64,000 nucleotides of DNA from an uncultured beta proteobacterium (GTDB lineage Bacteria; Pseudomonadota; Gammaproteobacteria; Burkholderiales; SG8-39): positions 42,467 through 106,466 of the forward strand of contig CAVVGT010000002.1 of the NCBI GenBank assembly GCA_963747775.1. The letters are read 5' to 3'. The position numbers and the translations under genes are program-made. Positions 18,501 to 26,561 of this stretch are shown in pieces. How positions within the stretch are numbered: position 1 is the stretch's first letter; each line of letters opens with the position of its first letter. A model generated the notes under the pieces. That model did not search any database. It saw only the letters and a list, made by a program, of their open reading frames with translations, and had not been told where the DNA came from.

Positions 18501-19853
18501 GCGATCAGGCGCGCCAACGAGACGGGCGACGTGGCCGCCGAATACCGCGTCATCCATTCGGACGGCACCGTGCACTGGCTGCAAGCGAAGGGTCGCATGT
18601 TTTTCGACGCCGAGAGGAAGCCCACGCGCATGGTCGGGTTCATGCTCGACGTGACCGAGCGGCATCAGGCCGAGGAGGAGTTGCGCCGGCTGGAGCGGCA
18701 ACTCCGCCAGGCGCAGCGGCTCGAGGCGATGGGCACCCTCGCCGGGGGCATCGCGCACGACTTCAACAACATTCTCGGCGCGATCCTCGGCTACGGGGAG
18801 ATGGCGCTGCGGGATGCGGCCAAGGGCAGCCGGCTGCGGCGCGACCTCGACAGCATCATGACCGCGGGCGAGCGCGGCCGCGCGCTGGTGGAGCGGATTC
18901 TCGCGTTCAGCCGCAGCAGCGTGGACGAACGGGTCGCGGTGCACGTGGAGCGGGTGGCCCGTGAGGCGCTCGACCAGCTTGCGGCCAAGCTGCCCGCGAA
19001 CGTGACCATTGCACCGCGATTGCGCGCGGGCCGTGCAGCGGTGCTGGGTGACCCGACACAGGTGCATCAAGTGCTGATGAACCTGGCGACGAACGCCGTT
19101 CAGGCGATGCCTTCGGGCGGCACCCTGCGCGTGCTGCTCGAGCCCGTGCGGGTCGATGTGCGGCGCGTCGACGCCACCGGCACGCTCGAGGCCGGCGACT
19201 ACGTGGTGCTGGAAGTCGCCGATTCCGGCATCGGCATATCGCCCGATGTCCTGGAGCGGATCTTCGACCCGTTCTTCACCACCAAGGAGGTCGGCGTCGG
19301 GACGGGACTCGGGCTCTCGCTCGTGCACGGCATCGTCATGGAGCTGGGAGGTGCGATCGACGTCTCGAGCAAGCCCGGCGCCGGCAGCGTCTTCACGGTG
19401 TACCTGCCGCGTGCCGGGGACGCTACCGAAGTCACCGAGAGCGAGACGCCGGATGTGCCACGCGGCAATCGCGAGCGCGTGCTGGTCGTGGACGACGAGG
19501 AGCCGCTGGTGCGCATCGCCACCGAGACGCTCGAGGGGCTTGGCTACCGGCCGGTGGGCTTCACCTCGAGTACCGATGCACTGGAGGCGTTTCGCGCCGA
19601 CCCGCTCGGATTCGATGCCGTGATCACCGACGAGCGCATGCCCGGCATGGCGGGCTCGGCGCTCATCCGCGAGGTACGCGGCATCCGCGCCGGGATTCCC
19701 ACAATGCTCATGAGCGGCTTCATCGGGGGAGTCGCGTCGAGCCGCGCCCGCGAGGTCGGCGCCGACGAAGTGCTGAAGAAGCCGGTTTCGGGGCGTGAGC
19801 TCGCCACGAGCCTCGCGCGCGTGCTGCACCGCGCACAGGTCGGCGTCCACTGA
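15540..19853 (+). CDS. hybrid sensor histidine kinase (2 TM, HAMP, six PAS/PAC, HisKA, HATPase, receiver)
   Basis: ATG at 15540 inside ORF 15354..19853. The TM helices are LALGYIALSVLALALFAVPLWYAW and FWFGIAGAVAIVLLLSAAAGWLI. PAS modules repeat. The H-box is GGIAHDFNNIL. G-boxes are DSGIGI and GTGLGLS. The receiver reads VLVVDDEE...VITDERMPGMAG...KKPV. Confidence 0.95.
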   Translation: MISPLRFSPSRLALGYIALSVLALALFAVPLWYAWRTNLSTLKAYVQGEDQQRLIDAFDREGAPGLAAAIASQATSLPGDEIMILADPSNRRLAGNLPAWPAQVPEAPGTYGLVIDVGGGATMRVVGSHVVLPGGYRLLLARESVLFHAFIERFWFGIAGAVAIVLLLSAAAGWLIRRGLLSEVREISRTASAIVEGDLSRRLATRGSSPELDALARTVNGMLAQLASQNVQLEGEVTVRRQAEQALHKAYDELEGVVAQRTAQLARANESLQLSEERYARAMEASDEGHWEMNSATGEIFVSVRMNQIFGWAADTRFADHAEFVARAPFHPDDRQRVLDTVRGLVAGESERYELEYRIVPRPGEIRWVRSRAKAFRDERGALARFSGSLTDITDRRRGEEALAESEARFRSLTKLSTDFFWETDVADRFTSVETGKAYPGVRNVAWSKLGKTRWEIPHVSPDEAAWTAHRAVIAARQRFVDFGFSRIENGEERFYEHSGEPRFDAQGRFLGYRGVGRDVTDRKLAENALRESEDRFVLAVAGSNDGIWDWDLTTGAMFLSERAQRLYGLEPGPTIRPRTEWREMVKLYPQDAEPQRIAVEDYLVGREPRYEGEWRVRHPDGTYRWVRIRGLCVRDESGRATRMAGSVSDVDRQKRAEEALRESEARFRSLTELSSDWYWKQDENRRFTYLSSEVDDLSGYSAESSIGKTRWELANMEPLSCSWPEHQAVLEARQPFRDFECCRVGEDGTARYISVSGAPIFDEQGRFKGYQGVGRNITERKRIEEALRLSEARYARAMEATVEGHWEWDVVTDDIFVSRTVNRLFGLPEDAHFKKRADLIANAPYHPDDREHIASAVHAGLTGASDRADFEYRIVLPPGQVRWLRARWKILRDPHGAPLRVTGVLTDITERKRAEEELRSRQEMLDLAQKAARAVAFEWRIGSGEGQNRWSPDLEAMYGLAPGTYDGTYETWKKLVFPEDWPAVKVAIRRANETGDVAAEYRVIHSDGTVHWLQAKGRMFFDAERKPTRMVGFMLDVTERHQAEEELRRLERQLRQAQRLEAMGTLAGGIAHDFNNILGAILGYGEMALRDAAKGSRLRRDLDSIMTAGERGRALVERILAFSRSSVDERVAVHVERVAREALDQLAAKLPANVTIAPRLRAGRAAVLGDPTQVHQVLMNLATNAVQAMPSGGTLRVLLEPVRVDVRRVDATGTLEAGDYVVLEVADSGIGISPDVLERIFDPFFTTKEVGVGTGLGLSLVHGIVMELGGAIDVSSKPGAGSVFTVYLPRAGDATEVTESETPDVPRGNRERVLVVDDEEPLVRIATETLEGLGYRPVGFTSSTDALEAFRADPLGFDAVITDERMPGMAGSALIREVRGIRAGIPTMLMSGFIGGVASSRAREVGADEVLKKPVSGRELATSLARVLHRAQVGVH

Positions 19854-19914
19854 CGCGCTTCGAGGGCCGGTTCGTCCGAGGGACGCCGCGTACGCCGCGA
19901 AACGGAGCGTGGAA

Positions 19915-20367
19915 ATGACCGAACGGTATCTGGAGGACTTCGCAGCCGGCCAGCGATTCGGCGGCGCCGGCCGGGTACGGATCGAGAAGGAGCGAATCAC
20001 GGCCTTCGCCACCGAGTTCGATCCGCAGCCGTTTCACCTCGACGAGCAGGCCGCTCGGGACTCGATCTTCGGCGGCCTCGCGGCGAGCGGCTGGCACACC
20101 GCGGCCGTCACGATGCGGCTGCTCGTGGAGAGCGATCTCAGGCCCGCGGGCGGCATCGTCGGCGCGGGCTTCGACGAGTTCCGGTGGCCGCGACCGGTGC
20201 GGCCCGGCGACGAGCTGCGCGTGGAGAGCGAGGTGCTCGAGGCGCGCCCGTCGAAATCGCGACCCGGGCAGGGCGTGATCAAGGTTCGCACGACGACGTT
20301 GAACCAGCGCGACGAGGCGGTCCAGATCACGGTCGGCAATCTCGTCGTCCCGCGTCGGCCGGCGTGA
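19915..20367 (+). CDS. MaoC-like (hot-dog fold) dehydratase
   Basis: Internal ATG at 19915 of ORF 19795..20367. The sequence reads FAAGQRF...ITAFATEFDPQPFHLDEQAA...GGLAASGWHT...RPGDEL. Confidence 0.85.
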   Translation: MTERYLEDFAAGQRFGGAGRVRIEKERITAFATEFDPQPFHLDEQAARDSIFGGLAASGWHTAAVTMRLLVESDLRPAGGIVGAGFDEFRWPRPVRPGDELRVESEVLEARPSKSRPGQGVIKVRTTTLNQRDEAVQITVGNLVVPRRPA

Positions 20368-20502
20368 ACCGCTCGATCGGTGCGCTTGCGGCCACCCCTG
20401 GCCGGGCGATCGCCGGGCGTCGTGCTCGCGGTCGGATTCATCGTGCTCGGGTTGCTGCTCGACTTCGCGCCTTTGAGGTACCCCTGAAGCGGGGGCACGG
20501 CC

Positions 20503-21435
20503 ATGATTGACCTCGCCGCATTGGACGACCGCAACGCCTTCTGGCTCCTTGCCGCGAACACGCTGCTCCACGAGCTGGGCGTGCCGGTGCCGTTGATGCC
20601 GACGGCGCTCGTGATCGGGGCGCAGGCGGCGAAGGGTGGGATCGATCCGCTGTTGTCTCTTAGCGCGATCGTCGCCGCCACGCTGATTGGCAACGCCGCG
20701 TGGTTTGCCGCGGGACGCCGGTACGGGGCGGGCGTGTTGAAGTTGCTGTGCCGCTTTTCGCTTACGGCCGACATCTGCGTCGCGCGTACCGAAAGCGCGT
20801 TCGGGCGCTGGGGCTGGTCCTCGCTCGTCGTGGGCCGGTTCCTTCCTGGCGTCTCGCTCGTCGCGCCGCCGCTCGCGGGCGCGCTCGGCATGAGCTGGGC
20901 CAAGTTCCTGGTCCTCACCGCTGCAGGGGCGGCGATGTACGGCCTCGTCCTTCTCGGCGCCGGGATGCTGCTGCACGCGCAGATCGAGTCGATGCTGCGG
21001 TTGCTGGAGGAATTCGGCTGGTACACCCTCGCCGGTCTGGCGGCGGCCTTCGCGCTCTACGTCGGGTGGCGGTGGTGGCGTCGCCGCATGGCCCGGACGC
21101 GGGACGTCCCCCGCATCTCCGTCGACGAACTGCAGGGGCTGATGGCGGCCGGCGAAGCGCCGCTGGTCGTCGACGTGCGCGGGGGCAGCACCCGGAGCAT
21201 CGACCGGCGGCAGATTCCCGGCGCGATCGGGGTTGCCCTGGACGCGATCGAGGCCGGGATCGATGCGCAGCCCCGCGACCGGCACATCATCCTGTACTGC
21301 GCGTGCCCGAACGAGGCATCGGCCGCGAAAGCGGCGCAATTCCTCCTTGCCCGCGGCTATACGCGGGCGCGCCCGCTCCTGGGCGGCCTCGACGCGTGGA
21401 TCGTCGCGGGCCATCCCGTGGAGACGGCGCCGTAA
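20503..21435 (+). CDS. DedA-family membrane protein fused to C-terminal rhodanese domain
   Basis: ORF 20503..21435. The DedA core is LLHELGVPVPLMPTALVIG...GRFLPGVSLVAPPLAG. The rhodanese part is LVVDVRG...IILYCACPNEASAAKAAQFLLARGY...LLGGLDAW, with an active-site Cys loop. Confidence 0.85.
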   Translation: MIDLAALDDRNAFWLLAANTLLHELGVPVPLMPTALVIGAQAAKGGIDPLLSLSAIVAATLIGNAAWFAAGRRYGAGVLKLLCRFSLTADICVARTESAFGRWGWSSLVVGRFLPGVSLVAPPLAGALGMSWAKFLVLTAAGAAMYGLVLLGAGMLLHAQIESMLRLLEEFGWYTLAGLAAAFALYVGWRWWRRRMARTRDVPRISVDELQGLMAAGEAPLVVDVRGGSTRSIDRRQIPGAIGVALDAIEAGIDAQPRDRHIILYCACPNEASAAKAAQFLLARGYTRARPLLGGLDAWIVAGHPVETAP

Positions 21436-21570
21436 CCGGGCTCCGCGGGCGACCAGGACAGCTCGAGCCGCGCTGCTGTCAGTTGACAGAGACGGCGGTC
21501 GACGGGACATCGCGGGGACACCCGCGTGCGCCAGGATGCAGGCGTACGAACCGACTGCAGGAGGCTCCCG

Positions 21571-21846
21571 ATGCGCGTGATCGACACCCGAGAGCTGGAG
21601 CGCCTGGTGCGCGCGAGCTTCCCCGCCAAGGAGCGTTTCTCGGCGGAGGCGGATCTGGGGCTCGACCGCCGGGGCCTGCCCGCGATTGCGTTCGTGCACG
21701 GCGGCCCCGATCCGTACCTCGACCGCCCGCTCGACGCGTGGCTCGCGGGCATTCCGTCCTTCGTCTCGCTGTACGCGCTGCTCAACCGGCTGTGCCGCGC
21801 CGGCGCGCTCGTCCCCGGCGTGTACGCGGTCAAGCGCGGTCTTTGA
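21571..21846 (+). CDS. conserved hypothetical protein (91 aa), paralogue of 8579..8851
   Basis: Internal ATG at 21571 of ORF 21526..21846, with a gcaggagg RBS upstream. The sequence is colinear with the 8579 product. Confidence 0.7.
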   Translation: MRVIDTRELERLVRASFPAKERFSAEADLGLDRRGLPAIAFVHGGPDPYLDRPLDAWLAGIPSFVSLYALLNRLCRAGALVPGVYAVKRGL

Positions 21847-22031
21847 GCGACGAGCCGCCGTAGCGCTCCGTCTTGATCCGATCCGCCGGCACGCCGTCGG
21901 CGCACTGCGAGATCCGCTTACGCGTCGGCGGAAGGCGATTCATGTCCGTTGACACAATTCCGCCAGCCCACGACATGCGAAGGTCGGCGCTGTCGCCGAG
22001 GCTACCGGGGCTGAATGGAGCGTTTTGGAAC

Positions 22032-22571
22032 ATGAGCGATACGCCGGACCTGTCAGCTCCCGTTGTCGCGACCGACCACGTGCTGGGCGCGCCCCACGCC
22101 CCGCTGACGGTCGTCGAGTACGGCGACTTCGAGTGTCCGATCTGCAAGCAGACCGCGCCCGGGTTGAAGCTGCTGCTCCAGCGCTTCCCCGGGCAGGCGC
22201 GGCTCGTCTTTCGCCACTTCCCGCTGGAGGAAGCTCATCCGCACGCGCTGCTCGCGGCCGAGGCCGCGGAGTGCGCAGCCGCGCAGGGCAGGTTCTGGGC
22301 GATGCACGACCTCCTCTTCGACAACCAGGCGCATCTGAAGCGGAAGCATCTCGACGGTTACGCCGATCGCCTGGGCCTTGACATGGACCGCTTCGCCGCG
22401 GAGATGGACGAGGACGTGTACTTGCCGCGTATCCGCGAGCACATCGAGGGCGGCCGGCGCAGCCACGTTCACGGCACACCCGGCCTCTTTCTCAATGGCC
22501 GGATCATGGACGCGTCGTTCGGTCTCCGGGCCCTGTTCGAAGCGGCTACGGCGGCGCTCGCCCCGCGCTGA
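22032..22571 (+). CDS. DsbA-family thioredoxin-fold protein (CPIC active site), no obvious signal peptide
   Basis: From ORF 21873..22571. It has VVEYGDFECPICKQ and C-terminal HGTPGLFLNG. The start could be 22032 (MSDTPDL) or the upstream 21942. Confidence 0.8.
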   Translation: MSDTPDLSAPVVATDHVLGAPHAPLTVVEYGDFECPICKQTAPGLKLLLQRFPGQARLVFRHFPLEEAHPHALLAAEAAECAAAQGRFWAMHDLLFDNQAHLKRKHLDGYADRLGLDMDRFAAEMDEDVYLPRIREHIEGGRRSHVHGTPGLFLNGRIMDASFGLRALFEAATAALAPR

Positions 22572-22578
22572 GAGTGCG

Positions 22579-24240
22579 ATGACGGATCTGCGCGAAACCC
22601 GACGGGAGCAGATGTTCCCGAAGCTCGCGCCGGCGCAGATCGGGCGCCTCGATGCTTACGGCAAGCGGACGCGCATCCGCGCCGGCGAGGTGCTCGCCGA
22701 GCCCGGCGACCGGCACGGCCGCATACTCGTCGTCCTCTCCGGCGCGATCGAGATCGTACTGCCGGGCATCGCGGGCGAGACGCCGGTGACGGTCCACACC
22801 CCGGGCGATTTCGCCGGCGAGATGAGCGCACTTCGCGGCGCGGGCGGCGCGGTGCGCGCCCGCGTCCGCGAGGACGGCGAGGTCATCGCCATCGAGCAGG
22901 AGGACCTGCGCCGGCTCGTCCAGGTCGATGCGGAGCTTAGCGAGCTCTTCATGCGGGCGCTCATCCTGCGCCGCATGGGACTGATCCTGTCCGAGCGGGG
23001 CGACGTGGTCCTCATCGGCTCGAGCCACTCGGCCGACACGCTGCGCGTGCGGCAGTTCCTCGGCCGCAACGGCTTTCCCTATGTGAGCGTCGACGTCGAT
23101 CGCGACCCTGACGTCGCGGCGTTGCTGGAGCGCTTCCGCGTCGGGGTCGAGGACGTTCCGGTCGTCATCTGTCGCGGCGAGCAGGTGCTGAAGAACCCGA
23201 CGAACGAGCAGCTCGCCGATTGCCTGCGCATGAATCCGGAAGTCGACGATGCGGCCGTGCGCGATCTCGTCGTCGTCGGCGCTGGGCCGGCGGGCCTCGC
23301 CGCGGCGGTCTACGGCGCCTCCGAGGGGCTCGACGTGCTCGTGCTCGAGACCAACGCGCCCGGCGGGCAGGCGGGAACCAGCTCGAAGATCGAGAACTAC
23401 CTCGGCTTTCCGACCGGCATCTCCGGGCCGGCGCTCGCCGGCCGGGCGCTCGTCCAGGCGCAGAAGTTCGGGGCCGATGTCACGGTCGCGAGCAAGGTGG
23501 TGCGCCTGGCATGCCACCGCAGGCCATACCGCATCGAGCTCGCGGGCGGCCGCGTCGTGCGCGCGCGGACGATCGTCGTCGCAACGGGCGCCGAGTACCG
23601 ACCACTCGCGATCGACCACCTCGCGCGGTTCGTCGGTGCGGGCGTGTACCACGCGGCGACCCACCTTGAGGCGCAGATCTGCCGGGGCGAGGAGGTCATC
23701 GTGGTCGGCGGCGGAAACTCGGCGGGCCAGGCGGCGGTCTTCCTCGCGAGCGGCTGCCGCCACGTACACCTGCTCGTCCGCTCGTCGGGCCTGGCGGCGA
23801 GCATGTCGCGTTACCTGGTTCGCCGCATCGAGGAGAGCCCGAACATCACGCTGCGGCCGTTCACCGAGATCGCGGCGCTGGAGGGCAACGGCCACCTGGA
23901 GCGCGTGACGTGGCGGAGCGGGGGTGCGGAGAAAGCCGAGGAGCGGGACATCGGGCACGTGTTCCTCATGACGGGCGCCGTGCCGAACACGCGGTGGCTC
24001 GAAGGATGGGTCGCGCTCGACGACAAGGGCTTCGCGCGCACCGGGGCGGACTTGCGCGCGGAGGATCTCGCGGCGACCGACTGGCCGCTTGCCAGGCCGC
24101 CACATCTCCTGGAGACGAGCCGTCCCGGCATCTTCGCTGTGGGCGACGTGCGCGCCGGCAGCGTCAAGCGGGTGGCGGCGGCGGTCGGCGAAGGGTCCGC
24201 CTGCGTCCAGTTTGTGCACCGCGCGCTGGGCGAGATCTAG
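22579..24240 (+). CDS. cNMP-binding domain fused to thioredoxin-reductase-like FAD/NAD(P) oxidoreductase
   Basis: Internal ATG at 22579 of ORF 22378..24240, 7 nt after the DsbA-like stop. The CNB motif is GDFAGEMSALRG. The FAD motif is VVVGAGPAGLAAA. The NAD(P) motif is VVGGGNSAGQAA. The end reads FAVGDVR. AATH occupies the position where TrxR has CxxC. Confidence 0.9.
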   Translation: MTDLRETRREQMFPKLAPAQIGRLDAYGKRTRIRAGEVLAEPGDRHGRILVVLSGAIEIVLPGIAGETPVTVHTPGDFAGEMSALRGAGGAVRARVREDGEVIAIEQEDLRRLVQVDAELSELFMRALILRRMGLILSERGDVVLIGSSHSADTLRVRQFLGRNGFPYVSVDVDRDPDVAALLERFRVGVEDVPVVICRGEQVLKNPTNEQLADCLRMNPEVDDAAVRDLVVVGAGPAGLAAAVYGASEGLDVLVLETNAPGGQAGTSSKIENYLGFPTGISGPALAGRALVQAQKFGADVTVASKVVRLACHRRPYRIELAGGRVVRARTIVVATGAEYRPLAIDHLARFVGAGVYHAATHLEAQICRGEEVIVVGGGNSAGQAAVFLASGCRHVHLLVRSSGLAASMSRYLVRRIEESPNITLRPFTEIAALEGNGHLERVTWRSGGAEKAEERDIGHVFLMTGAVPNTRWLEGWVALDDKGFARTGADLRAEDLAATDWPLARPPHLLETSRPGIFAVGDVRAGSVKRVAAAVGEGSACVQFVHRALGEI

Positions 24241-24401
24241 CGGCGCTGCGCCTAGTGAGTCGATCGAAAGCCATTGCAGTCGAAGCTCATGAACACCGTC
24301 GATGAGGGTGGTGCCAAGCCGATTGGGCATCAACGCCTGGCGCCCTCGAGGGGCGGGGAGGAGGTGACGCCTCCTGAAGCTTCAGCGGTGGCTGCGATGC
24401 G

Positions 24402-24710
24402 GTGGATTCGCCGCTACGGGTCACGTCGAGCGTCGCTGCGCTGGACGCCTTCCGCGCCGATCCCGAGGCGTTCGATGCAGTGATTACCGACGAGCGTATG
24501 CCCAGCATGTCCGGGTCGGCGCTGATCCGCGAAGTACGCCGCATAAGCCGCTCGATTCCCGTCCTGCTCGTCAGCGGCTATTTGGGCGGGATGGTGACCC
24601 ATCGCGCCTACAACGCGGGCGCCGACGAAGTGCTGAAAAAGCCGCTGTCCGCGCACGAGCTGGCCACGAGCCTCGCGCGCGTGTTGCAGCTCTCGGCGCC
24701 ACTCTTGTAA
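24402..24710 (+). pseudogene. 3' remnant of a second hybrid-kinase receiver domain
   Basis: The ORF 24402..24710 product (TSSVAALDAFRADPEAFDAVITDERMPSMSGSALIREV...GADEVLKKPLSAHELATSLARVL) is ~70% identical to the last ~90 aa of the 15540..19853 kinase. The N-terminal acidic pair and everything upstream are missing. Confidence 0.65.
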
Positions 24711-24893
24711 GTGGCAGCAGTAATGGCTCGGTGTCCGCTGACACTTGGCCGCTCCCGGACGACACCGACCCGTATGAACGGCGCCTGACACTGCCGCCGT
24801 GACAACCACCCGCCTTGCGGCGGTGACAACGGCGACAACGCCCAAGCAGGCAAACGCGTCGACCCCCCCCACCAGCACAGAGGAAACCACACC

Positions 24894-25722
24894 ATGAGCA
24901 CGATCACGACCAAGGACGGCACGCAGATCTACTACAAGGACTGGGGCACAGGGACAGCCCGTCGTCTTCAGCCACGGCTGGCCGCTGACGCGCGGACGCC
25001 TGGGAAGCGCAGATGTTCTTCCTCGCCTCGAACGGCTATCGCTGCATCGCGCACGACCGGCGCGGGCACGGCCGCTCCAGCCAGCCGTGGAACGGCAACG
25101 ACATGGACACCTACGCCGACGACCTGGCGGAGCTGTTCGAGAAGCTCGACCTGAAGGACGCGGTGATGATCGGCCACTCCACCGGCGGCGGCGAAGTCGC
25201 GCGCTACATCGGACGCCACGGCACGAAGCGCGTGGCCAAGGCGGTGCTGATGGGCGCGGTGCCGCCGATCATGCTCAAGACCGCGGCCAATCCCGGCGGG
25301 CTGCCCATCGAGGTCTTCGACGGCTTTCGCGCGGCGTATCTGGCCGATCGCTCGCAGTTCTTCCTCGAACGTCGCCAGCGGCCCGTTCTTCGGCTTCAAC
25401 CGGCCCGGCGCCAAGGTTTCCCAAGGGCTGATCCAATCGTGGTGGCTGCAGGGCATGATGTCCGGCCACAAGAACGCCTACGACTGCATCAAGGCGTTCT
25501 CGGAAACGGACTTCACCGAAGACCTGAAGAAGTTCGACGTGCCGACGCTGATCATCCACGGCGACGACGATCAGATCGTGCCGATCGGCGCCTCGGCGAT
25601 GCTCTCGGCCAAGCTCGTCAAGAACGCCGACGCTGAAGATCTATCCGGGCGGGACGCACAGCCTGGGCGACACGAGCAAGGACCAGCTCAACACGGACCT
25701 GCTCGCGTTCGCGAGAGCGTAG
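24894..25722 (+). pseudogene. alpha/beta hydrolase (non-haem haloperoxidase/arylesterase-like), four +1 frameshifts
   Basis: The pieces are MSTITTKDGTQIYYKDWGTG (24894 frame), [41 protein letters not shown]...GHSTGGGE...RSQFFL (25013 frame), [17 protein letters not shown]...[15 protein letters not shown]...[10 protein letters not shown]...AKLVKNA (25455 frame) and [15 protein letters not shown]...AFARA plus TAG 25720-25722. Extra bases lie near 24954, 24991, 25369 and 25629. Length is 829 nt, which is 275 codons plus 4. Confidence 0.8.
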
Positions 25723-25758
25723 GCGACCGGAAATCCATCATCGACCAAGGAGATCATC

Positions 25759-26475
25759 ATGCCAGGACTTGCAACCGCAGCGGCCGTCAGCATCGTGCTC
25801 GTACACGGCGGCTTTGTCGACGGCTCCGGCTGGGAGGATGTCTACAAGAGGCTGAAGCGGGACGGCTACAGCGTGTCCATCGTTCAGCATCCGACGGTAT
25901 CGTTGGCCGGTGACGTTGCCGCGACCAACCGCGTTATCGACGCGCAGCACGGCCCAGTGATCCTGGTCGGCCATTCCTACGGTGGTGTCGTGATCACCGA
26001 GGCCGGCAACAATCCCAAGGTGGCGGCATTGGTCTACATCGCTGCCTTCGCGCCGGACCGGGGCGAGTCGGTAGCCATGCTCATCAAGGATCCTGTGCCG
26101 GGTACGCCGGTGCCTCCGATCCTGCCGCCCAAGGATGGTTTCCTGGCCCTCGACAAGGCGAAGTTCGCTGCTTCGTTCGCCGCGGACGTGGACAAGGACA
26201 AAGCCGAGTTCATGGCCAACTCGCAGCTGCCATGGGGTGTCGATGCCCTCAACGGCGCGATCAGCGAGCCGGCGTGGAAGGCCAAGCCGAGCTGGTACCT
26301 GGTCGCCACCGACGACAGGATGATTCCACCGTCCGCTCAGCGCCTGATGTCGCAGCGCGTCGGTGCAAGTGTCGTCGAGGTCGCGGGCAGCCACGCGGTC
26401 TACGCTTCGCAGCCCGAGGCGGTAGCGGCGCTCATCAGGAGCGCTGCGGCGGTCGTGAAGCAGCGCGGAAGCTGA
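25759..26475 (+). CDS. alpha/beta hydrolase (238 aa)
   Basis: ORF 25759..26475. It has [14 protein letters not shown], the nucleophile elbow VGHSYGG and C-terminal GSHAVY. Confidence 0.85.
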   Translation: MPGLATAAAVSIVLVHGGFVDGSGWEDVYKRLKRDGYSVSIVQHPTVSLAGDVAATNRVIDAQHGPVILVGHSYGGVVITEAGNNPKVAALVYIAAFAPDRGESVAMLIKDPVPGTPVPPILPPKDGFLALDKAKFAASFAADVDKDKAEFMANSQLPWGVDALNGAISEPAWKAKPSWYLVATDDRMIPPSAQRLMSQRVGASVVEVAGSHAVYASQPEAVAALIRSAAAVVKQRGS

Positions 26476-26561
26476 GACATCACGCGGCGGCGGCAGCGCG
26501 ACTCAGGGAATCGAGCGCGCCTGCCGTGCGATCCGCGCAACTCTTGGAGAAGGAGCCTGAC

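Noticed and set aside
24402-24710. ORF 24402..24710 as a functional stand-alone response regulator.
   Set aside because: It lacks the first beta-alpha unit with the acidic pair, starts at a GTG with no RBS, and is simply colinear with the extreme C-terminus of the hybrid kinase paralogue. I treat it as a remnant.
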